DNA of 64,000 bases from Podarcis pityusensis (Eukaryota): NCBI GenBank assembly GCA_964106645.2, contig OZ067047.1; one strand, written 5' to 3'. Position 1 is the stretch's first letter. The number at the start of each line of letters is the position of its first letter. A program made the position numbers and the translations under genes. Shown here in pieces: positions 25,210 to 37,612 of the stretch. The notes under the pieces were generated by a model. That model was not told the origin of the DNA and made no database searches. It was given only the letters and a program-made list of their open reading frames with translations.

Positions 25210-27907
25210 CTGACCCCACATAGTTTAGCACAACAGTCTAAATTATTTTAGAAAAAAGGTCCACCAAGGAATATAAATCTAGCTTACATGTCAACAAAAT
25301 AAGCTTTATATCCATCAGGATTCAGTAATCCCTAGGCTGTTAATATGGCAACCTACACAGGGGATGACTGCAGGTGGCAAAGCATAACAGTCAATACGGA
25401 ATCCCTTGTTTTCTCTGCAGAACTTCATCAATAAAGGTGCACATTACCTCAGGACAGCCTATGGTTCTGAAAATGTCAGAGGCAAGTAGCAATTTATTTT
25501 GCACGAGACAATTACAAGCACATGACACAATGTGGAATAATGAGCTACACAACATTTGCCTATGATTCGATGCAAGAACAATCTCTGGCATTAGGGCATA
25601 ATGTCTCAGTAATACAGGCATTGTCAAGGTACATCACTTGCACATGAGGAAATTCTACAGTGGTCCAGTCATATTGAGTAAATACTTAAAATAATGACCT
25701 TGTCAGCCAGGTTTCTGACCCTTACACAAAATACGGCAATTATTGGGGGGAGGAAAGCGGTACAACGCTGGCTTCATCATTGCTTTACCCAATAAGCCAG
25801 AATCTCATAATAGTCTCCTAACATTTGCTTGCAAGCCACACCCAAGCAAAAGAGCAACCTTCAATTCAGTTGACCCCCACCTCACCAATGCACCCACTTT
25901 CAGAGGATAATCTGAATTAAGTACAGATGCAATACAAAGCGACGGTGCCTGGGGAGGGGCAAGCCCGAGGAAGACACGTTCTCGATCCACGATTGCACAA
26001 CCCACTCCCTCTTCTCCTGCCAAAACCTCCTGCGTCTGTGGGCGTTATTTGCACAGGGCACCTCCCTCCCAGGCCTCCTCGCGCACGCAAAACTGGCATT
26101 ACCGTCCCGCACGGGGACCTGCTCTCCGCCCGCCTCCTGCCCCACAACTTCAATAATCGCCTGTGCCAAGGTCCACGGATGAATGACCCAGCCAAGGAAG
26201 CCTCAACACCCATTAAGGCTGGCCCCCTCCCCTCCGCCTCGACTGGAGTGTCCCGGGAGTTGTACTACGTAGCGAGCCCTTCTTTTCTCCTACACAAGAT
26301 GCAGCGCCTGGGCGAGTGACCTACTTTGCCTTTTAACTACCCTTCTCAATATGCTTTGCGCCAAAGCTGGCCCAGACAGCGAGCGCCTGCTCAGTGGAGC
26401 ACGGCACAAAATTTTCCAAGGCGCATGCGCTCTCTGTGCTCGATTGCTCAACGCTTCTCCCCCCTCCATCCCCCCCCGGCCCCAACATGCCATCTTGCAT
26501 TGTTGGATTTCTATGTGGAATAACTAATTTCTCGGCCTCTTTCTCCCCCGCGCGGAGAGGCGGCTTGCGGGGCGGGAGATGGATTAAGCGGAGGAAATTT
26601 CAATCAGGGCTTATTGTTACGGCTGCAACTCACATCTGCTCCTGCTGGGTAGCTCAGAAGTAGACAACACCCCCCCCCAAAAAAAGACACACCAACACAC
26701 ACACGCAGAGCTGCTAGGCCTACGAAATAGAGACTTGGTAAGGCGTCCTTGCAATACTCGAAAGTAAATCCCCGCTAGTTCAAGTGCGCCTTGAAACTGA
26801 TAGCCAAGGCACCTAGCAGGGAGATGCGGCCTGCACTGGGGGGGAGGAGGAAGGGCCGCTTCCCCTTCTCCCTCCCCAGCCAGCAGCCGGCCTCCGCCTC
26901 CCCTTCCCGAGGGATGCACGCACCAAAGAACCGCTTGCAGCCTCCTCTTTCGACCTAAAGGCAGGCACCCCCCCAAAGATGGGCGGAGGCCGAGGAGAAG
27001 CGTAGGCCGAGTGAAGGTGATCTGGCCCTGACCTTTACCTCCAGGCTCTGGGCTCTCCTTTCAGGGCCGCCCAAGCTTCTGGGTCACAGGCGCCCCCGCC
27101 CCATAGCTGAGAGCCTTCCCTCCCGAAATCTCCCTTCTCAACAAGGGGGGGGGCGCGGAGGCGACACCCCAAAATTAAATTCGAGGGCGGTGCAAAAATG
27201 TGGCTTTGGGCTCCAAGCCGCCCCAGGCCCGCACCTGCAGGGCCCTCCGAGGCAGATCCCTGGGCCTAATTTACCTCACAAGGTGGCTGTCACGATGAAG
27301 GAGAGGAAGACGACGGCCAAAGGCCCTTCCCACACCGAAAACTGCTCCCAAAACCGAGCCCAGTGCTGCCGTTTGGTTTTCCTGAGCCTCCCCTCCTCCA
27401 TCCCATTATTAAATCACTGCGGGAAGGAGAACAAGTTCATCATCCCACCTAAGCTTTGGGGCAGCGGGATTTCTCCCCCCTCTTTACCCCGCACTATAAT
27501 ATAAACATATCTATATTTGCTTTGTTTTAGGTCTGCGTTTGTGACATAAGAAATCCTAAAGAGGCCCCCGGGGCTCTATTCCGAGGAGGGAGGGGGAAAG
27601 AAAGTTCGAGCACAAAACGGGCTGGAACCATCTTTTTTCCTGACAAAAGCCGAGCTTTTGAGTATTGATCCGGATTGAGCGGAACGGAGCGGAACAGAAA
27701 CCATCTTTTTCCTCGCTCGGGTCCCAAAGATCCCCCACGGCCACCCCTTTGGTGTTGTTCTTGTTGTTGTTGTTACCTCCACCACCGTTTACATTCTTAA
27801 AAAGGATCGAAATTTCCTCCCCTAATTCACACGAACCTGGGAGGAAGGCAGAGAGGAGGTTTTTTTTGCACGATAGGTGGTCCAAGGACTCGATCCTCGC
27901 GAATTAC

Positions 27908-28528
27908 CTGAGGGATCTGGGGTGGCTGTTGTTGTTTGTTTTTAATCCACTCCGGTAAAATGAGTAAAAACAAAATGGTGAACCGGGGACATTTTTCAAT
28001 CGTTCAACCCAAATGACTTTCAACCTCCCTTCACGATGAAATGAAAAACATTAATCGCTTGGGGGGGGGGGGGCAAAGAGTGCCGTGTAAGAGACACAGC
28101 GCTATTAAGACTAAGGCAGGGATTCCTTTTTTTCCTCCTTTCTTTTAAAGGGGCAGAGCAGATCTGCCTACGATGATTTGAGTAGAAGCCAGCCCTTCTC
28201 TCCTTGAGAGAACCAGAAGCGGAGTTGGAAGACTGGCGGCTTCTGAAAATCTTATTAGCACAATGCGATTAATTCGTTCCTTAAAGGAATATACGAGGCG
28301 CAGCAAAACCCCAACGAGATAAGCCGGTGTGCGGAAGAAAAACACCGTTCAAGAAAATATTTAAATCGTGTGACTATGGAAATCGTTCCTCTTCCTTTGC
28401 CCTCATCACCCCTCAATTCTAGCAATAAGCCATCACTTACTTCTTTTTTTCAGCACCAGGTGAGATGGTTTGGTGGCTTCTTTTTCTTTCCAGGGTGTTT
28501 CTTGGGAGTTCCTCTCTCACAAAGTGCT
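27908..28528 (-). other. TOB2: Probable TOB2 non-coding exon 1
   Basis: It starts ~32 nt downstream of a TATA box at an Inr-like TCA and ends at a strong donor CAG|GTAATT (27908). An alternative donor GAA|GTAAGT lies at 28441. Confidence 0.6.
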
Positions 28529-28900
28529 GATATGGTGGTGGGCGTTCGATTTTTTTTATATAAAAAAATTAAATGGATGCTGTTTTAGATAACTTCTCCC
28601 CCTTCTACAGGCCCAATCAGAAGTGGGGTGGGGGGATGTTGACTGGGGCGCCCCCTACTTCCTTCCTTCCCTCCCTGCGCAGGGAACCTGAAGCCACCCT
28701 CTCCCTGGCCCAAAGTGAGCAAAGTAAATGAAAAGTTTCACCCTTAGCAACCCTGCGCATGGATATTCCCTTCCACACCCAGGGTGACGCGTCCTGCAAA
28801 GGACAAGGAAGGGGAGGGGAGGGAGGGCAGGCTGGAACTACTTTCCCAAACACTGGCTTTAAATTAACCCGTTCTGCGCCGGGTGCGTTATATTGTTGTT
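28528..28900 (-). promoter_or_regulatory. TOB2 core promoter
   Basis: TATATAAAA lies within a palindrome at 28551-28568. Also present: CCAAT at 28613-28617, a CRE-like TGACGC near 28785, a G-tract at 28811-28827, and CpG-rich context. Confidence 0.65.
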
Positions 28901-31052
28901 TCAGATGCTTGGAAACGCCTCCCGTAAAGAAAGTCCGTCATTTGCCACGGATATTTATTTATTTTTTTGGTACGTTTTAATGAATTTCCCCTCTTCATTC
29001 TGTGACAGGCAACAACTTGTATTCAACTCTTCAGAGAACCCTCCTGAGAACAAACCAAATAAAATTTAAATAGATTGGACCCCTTTACTTACTTCCGAGT
29101 AAACCTACATAGGCTTAGACTGCATGAGAGATCAAGCTTTTATACTGAAGACTTTGCCCCTTGTAATTTGAGTTAATTAATCTGCAATAACTACCAACAA
29201 GCTTTCTTCCATACACACAATCATTTATGGCGACAGAAATGCTCCCCGCCCCATAAGATGTGCTGGAGGTGGGAAAATTCCATATTTCCCACCCTTAAGC
29301 CTCACTAATGGTGTGAGTGGGTGGTTAGCACCTTTCACCACCAATTAGTGAATGTGAATATAGAGACAAGGGTTGGTAATTATATTTGATTCTACTCTGC
29401 TATCTTCAGTTAGGGCTGAGAAAGATTTCAGACTAAAGCCCTGGAGAGCTGCCAGGCAGTGTGGATAATACTGAGCTAGATGGACACATAGTCTGATTGG
29501 ATATAAGGCAGCTTTCTGCCTCTGACAAATGAAGCAAGAAATATTGTATAGCCTGATGATATCTATGCATGTTTATTTGGAAGAAAACCCCATGATGTTC
29601 AGCGGTGCTTACTTCTCCAGTAAGAACTGTAGCTTTGAACAAATATACACCTATTCTGTACCTCCTACTTTACTCCATTAAATGTTGATAATGTTTGTAT
29701 GTCATCATACCAATGAAGGATATTTAAATTAGACTGAAACTGAACAATCTCTCCCACATTCCACTGAACATTTTGGTTCACCCAGTCCTGTAACCCTCCT
29801 GTCTGCTGCTGTCAGATGCCAACTCCAGCCTCAGACACAGGGGTGATAAGTGATGTAGTCCAGCATTAGAAAAATGCTCACTGCAGGGTCAGCCCAAGAC
29901 ATTTTGCAGCCTGAGGTGTAGCACAAGATGGTGTACTTCCCATTTGATATACACAATGCAACTGGACTGGTAGCTGGATTTTATTTCATCACTGGCAATG
30001 GGGCAGTGGCCTCCGCCACACCTGTGGGAAGCAGGTTCATTTAGGGCGGCCAGGCCATGTGGCAGGCGGAGCTCTGGCATCCAACAGCGAAGTGGATCTT
30101 GGAGCCAGGAGGAATGCCTGTGAAGCTGCCTCTGCTGCTTCCTGGCATCTGTTGCCTCATATGGCTAGTGGTAAGCATAGGCCCTGTACAAAATTGGGTT
30201 CTGTGCTTAGATTTTTAAAAAATAAACATGCTGCAGAAATAACATTTTATAAAATGACAAACTAAACCTGTTTAGGATGGATTTGTAGATGAGGGCAACA
30301 GCGCTTGTACCACGGAGTAGGACCACTATTTGCAAACACATTATTCAGTTTAGTTAAGAACTGCTTAATGTAGGTTAATTCTTCTTATAAAATATGTCCA
30401 TAATTTTAGTCCACTAAATCAAAATCATGTTGCTTCCCTCATTTTCATAAGTGATGGGCTTTTTTCAACCAGGACAATGATGATAGTAGCAGCTGGATTA
30501 ATTATGCCATAAAAGTGTTTCTCTGAGCTGATTCAGTGAATGGAGGATTATAGTCAAAATTTTGTTCTTATCGACTCAATTGGCTTTTAGTACCTGTTTA
30601 TATTACATTTACCTCTCAGAAAAATCCACCTGCACTTTAAACATACAATATATTGACAGGTGAAATTGACACTCTATAATACTTGTCTCTGTAAATCAAA
30701 TTAAATACCCTGCACTTCAGATTTCACTCATCCTTTTCCATGCATTGTTCCCAAACATGAAGTTGGTGTAAGTGGGGTAAGCTTTTAAATTCCTTGTGGC
30801 CATCCTGAGGAGAAACCACTCTGAGGAGGCTGGGAGAGCGGCTTCAAGCCATCTTTTCTAGGATCTTAATTATGAAGTTCCTCTCAAACCTCTGCATGGC
30901 AAGAATCTTCTTTAAAGAACAGTAAGATAATTTCCTTTTGAGGGTGTTCTGCAGAATAGGCTTACCAAGAGAGAAATCCTATACATCATGTATACTCAAA
31001 AACAAGCCCCATTAAGTTCCATGGGACTTACTCAAAAGTAGCGTTTTCCAGA

Positions 31053-31175
31053 CAGGTAGCTATGTTAGCTGGTTGCTGCAAAAACATCGAAGAACCCTGT
31101 GGCACATTAAAGGTAAACACATTTATTATGGCATGAGCTTTCGTGAAAGAGAATCCGTTTCATTACATGCAAGAG
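31053..31175 (-). mobile_element. Degenerate Penelope-like pLTR fragment
   Basis: The minus strand reads GCAT-GTAATGA...CAC-GAAAGCTC-ATGC-CATAATAAA...GTGCCAC...CTAACATAGCTACC, the same layout as the 25075 copy. Confidence 0.65.
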
Positions 31176-31419
31176 TCCACTCCTTTGGTGTGCAACGGAT
31201 GACTTGTCTATATCTAGCATTGACAAAGTGGTGTTGGTGCGGAATCGGAGACAAAAACCTATTTGGCTGTTGTTCCTGTAGCTCTTTCGCGGAGCCATAG
31301 CCTGCTAAAATAGTCTTGTCATAGCAGGAAATTGGATCCCCGACCATAGCATATTTCAAAAATGGCAGCTGTTAGTTTCTTTAAAAGGGAAAAAGAGAGA
31401 GAGAAGGGAGGGTTTGCCC

Positions 31420-32480
31420 TTGCCTGGAAACCGTGGGCTACGACTTCACAGCTCTGTGGGAAGCTTAAAACTATCTGCTTTTTGAGTGCATGAACTTTCT
31501 TAAGAAAGAGCTCGCTTAAAATGCGTGAGGTCGTCTTGGCCCCTTCCCCTTCAATCTATGGAGAGGGCACTCAGAGGCACATTGCGCAGTCTCAGGATAC
31601 GTTCTCGCTTCACAACAACCCAGACCTTTTGCTGGCACGGAAACCAGATCCTGGGGCTGAGGGATCTCTGCGATCCATTCCCCAAATACTATCCACCCCA
31701 ATTTTCTTGGGAGTTATCCCCGTGGTTAAAACAGACTATTTAGATCTGCGTGTGCGCGAGCGTGTCCTATTCGTCGATCGACAAACCCAATTTTATTTTT
31801 TTCGTTGGAATCCGAGCGTAGAATATACGTATTTATTTGTAACACGGTGGCCTAAGGGGTTGGCGTGCGCCATCAGATCTCCCCACTGGCTGCCTTGCGT
31901 TAAAGCACGTGAACTGCAAGCTGCACAGAAGCGCACCTCTATTTCCCTGTTTATTTTCATCCTTCAAATGCCGGAGGGTATGCAAATCAGCGCACAGCCC
32001 CTAAACAAAACCCCACAAGGCACGGATGTCAGATGGCATTTTAACTATTCATGGAGCACGTTTCCCCGCTCTCAATTGCAGGTGCTACTCCGCACGATTC
32101 AGGGACTACTTTTTCAGCACTGCGCCTGTGCATTTGCCTTCGTCGACGTAACTTCAGACGCAAGCACTGAGATAGGCAGAACAACCTGCAAGGTGTAGGA
32201 GCGCAGGCTGTTCTAAAAATAACAGCACCATGCTAGCAACAGCCTTCCCATTGGCTGGAGTCGTTAGGGGGTTCTGCAGATTGGTCTGCTGCGTTAACCA
32301 GTAGGCTAAAAGCGGGGTGGGGTCAGCGTGTTTTGTGTGTAAAACTGGAAAGGCAACTAGGTTGCTGGGAAGTGTAGTTTTTTGCCTGTAGGTTCCCTAG
32401 GCCTGAAGTTGCCAAAGGAAGGTTAAAAACAAGACTTAAGGAAGGATGTGAAGCTGTGCCGTTAAAAATAAGGGATGTGT
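31420..32480. promoter_or_regulatory. Orphan CpG-rich promoter/enhancer upstream of TOB2
   Basis: CpG cluster with CACGTG (31906-31911), octamer ATGCAAAT (31980-31987), MEF2 sites CTAAAAATAA (32213-32222) and TTAAAAATAA (32462-32471), two minus-strand CCAAT boxes (~32250, ~32280) and a GC/GT box (~32312). Confidence 0.5.
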
Positions 32481-35400
32481 TGTATTTTATCTGCTCCCAT
32501 GGACAAATATGCTGTTTAGTATGTGTCTCCATAGAGCATTTTATTGGTTGTTATAGGGAGTTGTAGAGACACATTCTCTGCATCTAAACCCCTATTAGCT
32601 ATGGAAATTATTCTATGTTTTTCTTTTGCCTGTCTGTATAGCACACAAGCAGGAAAGCAGGACAGGTTTAGACTGCCCTGTATGAACCATTTAGGTCTTA
32701 TAGTAGATAAAGTGTCTCTCTACTCCTTATTCCTCCTATTCAGAGTTAAGCATGTGAGAGCTGCATTTACTACTTACAACAAAAGCCAGGGGCTTTGGCA
32801 TAGTCCTAAAGCCAGTAGAAATATCTTCTACAGCATTCATGTTACTGATTTTTATCGTATGTTAATATTTATTTATTACACCTCTACTAGAAGCTCCAGA
32901 GATGTAAACAAGCATATAAGGACAATTTTGCCAGTCACATAACCAGTGTAATCCTAACTGCGCTTACTTGAAAGTCCACATTTCAATGTTGCTTGTTTAC
33001 TCAAAAGCACAGTTCAGTATTGAGCTGTAAGGCTGCATTCTTAAATATACATGCTTGGAAATAAACCTCACTGAAATTAATGCACCTGCTTGGGGCATAC
33101 CATGGATGATTAATTAATATGAAATGAAATATTACTTGTATCAATAGGATAATTTGCCCTATATTATTAAAAATAAATTTGACATGTTTTAAACCTGGAT
33201 TACTATTCCTGTTGTTCATTGTGCTGCTCATTGTGGGACGTTTACAGTTTCCTATGCATAGTAGGAAAACTTGGTGGATTGTGCCCAGAGTGAACATAAC
33301 AGCTCCACCAGTTAAAATAACAATGCGTTTGTCCAACAGGATGTTAGGAAACCTGCTAATCCAGACAACAGAAAAGTAGAACAGAATTAATATACAGTTA
33401 TACCAATTTGACTTAAATGAGACTAAATATTATGTCCCTATCCTAAACACACTTAATGCAAGTCTGTTTAAGTTCAGATCTCATTGTCCAGAAGACTAAA
33501 TGGAGTGCTCAAAAGGATACGTTTTTCAGATTTCATATAGTCAACTCAATCTACATCTAGTAAAATGAAATTACAGCAGCATTTCTATACACATTTACCT
33601 GGAAGTATCTTATTGAATTCAGTGGGACTTCATTTGTTCCATAAAAGTAAATGGACCTTAAGCTCATTTACAGCACAGTTCTATTAGAAGTAATGTATCT
33701 TAAATCCTGGAAGCTCATATAATTAGAATGTAATAAATGTACAGCCCAGTATGCAATCTAGCATAACAGGTTATGTTCTATATGTAGGCTATATGATCAT
33801 CATAATCATTATGTATATTAATAGCAAACTCAGTTGCTGAGTTACGACGGCTATGTAGCCAAAATGGTGCTACTGAAAATACAAGAAGTAAAAATATCAA
33901 CATGCTTGAGAGAACCCGAAAATAAGCAAAAGTAGGGAAAAATAATTATATAAATTGTAATAACATTTTGTTGCAGGCCCCACTTGTAATATCATATTCT
34001 TTTGCCAGCATATTTGGTTGTTTATTAGGCAGACAATGTTCCAAATATTTAAATAAAGGCAATGAATTTCCCGACACACCCAGAACTGTCCACTGAAATA
34101 CTATATAGAGATGCCTCAAGCATTAATTTTTCCATGGTTCATATGCTCTTTTTACAAAGGCGAAATATAATATTCCAGTGATCTATGCTATACTTGAAGG
34201 AATACATGCACCCTGAACCACTATGCATGTTTATGAAAAAACAGATCCTTATATATTCAGTAAGGCTTGCTCCACAATACATTGAAATGCAGCACACACG
34301 TCTATTCTCAAATATATCCGTCAATGATTGCATCTATATTTCCATGATCTTTTCATCATTCGTATCCATTTGGAACCAGTCAGGGAGAATTAGGAAGACA
34401 AACTGAAATAGAAAACATTTTCAGCAAAGACACACAATTTATTATTAAATCCAGCTATTCCTTATTTTGCTTCTAGTAAACCAGCCTTACATTAGACTGA
34501 CCAGTCCAGTTTCAAACTCACACTGCAATTTATGTAGCTTTTCTAACAGTGCAATATCCTATACATGTTTACTCAGAAGTAAACTCCACTGACTTCAGTG
34601 GAACTTATTCCTAGGCGAGTATAGGATTGCAGCCTAAGATTACATTTTAATTGATTTTAAATTGGATGAAATTGTTTTGCACTTTTTTTTAATTTCCCAG
34701 GCACATTGGCAGCCCTAATGGTATTTTATTATATTATTAAATCATTTTTTAGTATTTAGTAATTTTATTATTGTATTTTTTAATCTGTAAATTGCTTTGG
34801 AACTTTTTAGTGGAAACTACCACACACATTTAATACACTTTAAAAATAATCTAGAAAACTTAGTTAATATTGCTGCCGATGACTGAATAAATCCTATTCA
34901 TAGGAGAGAGGAAAAACATTCCTTCCACCATACTAGATTTGCTGTGAGTTTTTAATACCAAGAAAGACCAGTCAGTCTATAATTAGGTGTAATTAGCACT
35001 TACTCATTGCCCAGCATTCTTTACCTTTGCATCACCTGACACTTACAACCCAAGGAAATTAGTTCCTTCCTGCCTTTCAAATGAAGAAACAGTTTGACAA
35101 GGAGCAGTTACTCACCATGAAGGTGCAAAACACAATATATACTACAAAGTCAGACTTATTCATCTCAAATCATCCTCCAATTTAGTTCTCTATATCTTAA
35201 GGTGAGAGGTGTGGACTTTTGTCAGGGGAGGAACAAGCCATTCTCCTCCACCCTCTTCTTGATTTATGGCATTAATAGGGCACCTGTGGCCATCCAGATA
35301 TTATTGGACTACAAATTCCATCCCTCCTGATGATTGATCGTGCTCAATGGGGATGATGGGATGTAGGCATCCAACACCATAGATTCCTCATCCCTCCTTT

Positions 35401-35847
35401 ATGTCCATTTCCCTGAGTAGACTTACCAAGCTGGGAATCATGGGGGCAACTCTGTTTTTCACAGTCTTTATGCCTTCCCTCAAGTGCTCACCTGACTTGG
35501 GAACTTGACTAGGTAAGGTAATTGCTTCCTTGACAAGGATAGCTGGAATGGCAAATTCTGAGAAGCCATGAGACAGAAAACTACTGAGTTGATCACACCC
35601 ATTTTAAGATGGTTACATGTAAGACTCAGGAAGATGATCAGGCATGTGATACACATGATTAAAGCATATTACTAACGGGCTATTATGGGCCATTCACATG
35701 AGCAAATTTCAGCTTAGTAGGTATGACTCCTTTCTTGGCCTAGACAAAACATTGCAAGTTTTATTTTCATAGAACTTGGCCAGCTGTGCATCTAATGGGA
35801 CACAAAGGCATAGATGTGAACATAACAATGCATTTTAAGCAGGGCTA

Positions 35848-36030
35848 GTTGAAAAGACCCTGATGTTGAGAAAGATGGAGGGCACAAGGAAAAGGGGACG
35901 ACAGAGGACGAGATGGTTGGATAGTGTTCTCGAAGCTACTAGCATGAGTTTGACCAAACTGCGGGAGGCAGTGGAAGACAGAAGTGCCTGGCGTGCTCTG
36001 GTCCATGGGGTCACGTCTAAACAACAACAA
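35848..36030 (+). mobile_element. Bov-B/RTE LINE 3' fragment
   Basis: Translates as LEKTLMLRKMEGTRKRGRQRTRWLDSV...WRALVHGVT; (CAA)n tail; flanking AGTTGAAA repeat. Confidence 0.88.
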
Positions 36031-37306
36031 GTTGAAAGGTACATAATATATTCTCAACACCAGAGAGCACAATTTACACAGACCTTCCTGCAAGTTTTGT
36101 TGTGTGTGTGGTTTTTTTTATTTTTACAAATTGTATTATTGTAGGACCAACATGAGTACAGCATCCATACCATAAATCTTTGCTTCATTCTTTCTATACA
36201 ATAATCTCACAAGGCAGGCTTTGGGCTCCATTTTCAGAGGAAAAGCCAGGCTGAAATATAGTGACTGGATTTGGGATTGGTAAATGCAGGTTTGAAGAAA
36301 CTATTCTCCGTAGAGGCTGCACTGGTTTTTAAATCTTTTAAAAACACTCTTTAAACTTTGTAACTGAAGGATAAGGAGCCTATGCCATTAGCGACTACAC
36401 ATCAAGTGGTACAAGCTTTTGAGTACCAAGGTCGCTAAAAGTAGTGCACACTGTATCTTGGTAACATTGGTTTCCCTGGAGATTTACTAATGCAGGCCTG
36501 TATAATTTGTAATTCCTCAAGTTGAAAATAGCCCACCAGCCACATTATTGTGGCATGCCAAGCACTCCCCCATTCCAATTTTTGCAGGTCCAGGAAGGAA
36601 GTAAAATCAAGTTTATTGAGCCCCTAGAATGGCTGCCACATGCGGCTAGTGGAATGCATCCAGCTTGGTGATAAGACAAGATGTTTAGTCTCATAACAAA
36701 AAGTTGCAAAGAAATCAGAATAAATTTCTTATCTGAGCAGCCTGCTTTACATTGTCACTTTTGTTGGATTCTTAGGCATTAAACCAGTCTCTCAAACCTG
36801 GGTCCCCAGATGTTGTTGATACCATGGTCAGGGATGATGGGAGTCGTAGTCCAACAAGTTTGAGAAAGGCTACATTACACAAACACATATCAAATTTAAG
36901 ATATCTGTGCCAAGTAGAAGCAAGACAGCAGCTCACATTAAAAGGAATGTCACTTCTCTTTGTATCAAATATTTTAGTCTATAACATAAACAGTAGACCA
37001 AGACAGAATCTACAAATCATGTCACTTGTCATGTTCTGAACTCTTTTCATGTTTTTCCACATTATCTTCTTTGTCTTGCATACACCATTTTCAGCCATTC
37101 CACATCACAGACCCAATGTGGGGAACCTATGGTCCACCAGTCCTCTCCATTTGGCCCATTAGGTCATTTGGGCTAAGCCACGCCTACCTGCTTTATACCT
37201 GATATGATGTCTGATGTAGGACAGATGAAGACATGGCCATGCCAAACTGGGGTTGCAAGCACTACCAATCTAGAGTACAGAGTCTTCATTTTGAGAATTA
37301 ATTTAT

Positions 37307-37450
37307 CATAGAAGCATAGAATTGTAGAGTTGGAAGGGACTTCAAGGGTTATCTAGTCAGCCCCTGCAATTCAGGAATCCTGCCCACAGCCATCCCTGGG
37401 AGGGCTCAAACTACCAACCTTCTGGTTAACAGCCAGACACGCTGACCCAT
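37307..37450 (-). mobile_element. Short SINE-like element: tRNA-like head plus CR1-type 3' tail
   Basis: CATAGAAGCATAGAATTGTAGAGTTGGAAGGGAC tail joined to a tRNA-like segment. A related tail fragment lies at ~41550-41605. Confidence 0.55.
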
Positions 37451-37560
37451 TTTGGCACTGGTGGCTACATGACTGGATAGATTTGCAATATTTTGCGTCT
37501 TGAGTCTTTCCATTCTGGTCCCATCCTATTGCTCCCCAAAGGTAATATATCTTATTGGTC

Positions 37561-37612
37561 CCCAATAACAGCCTCTAGAGCCACTACCCAATAACAGCCT
37601 CTAGAGCCACTA
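37561..37612. repeat. Perfect 26-bp tandem duplication CCCAATAACAGCCTCTAGAGCCACTA x2
   Basis: Read directly from the sequence. Confidence 0.9.

Larger units (their letters stand above)
25900..28950. promoter_or_regulatory. CpG island over the TOB2 5' end and proximal intron 1
   Basis: High GC and CpG density relative to the flanks, with an NRF1 palindrome GCGCATGCGC (26421-26430) and GC boxes. Confidence 0.75.
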
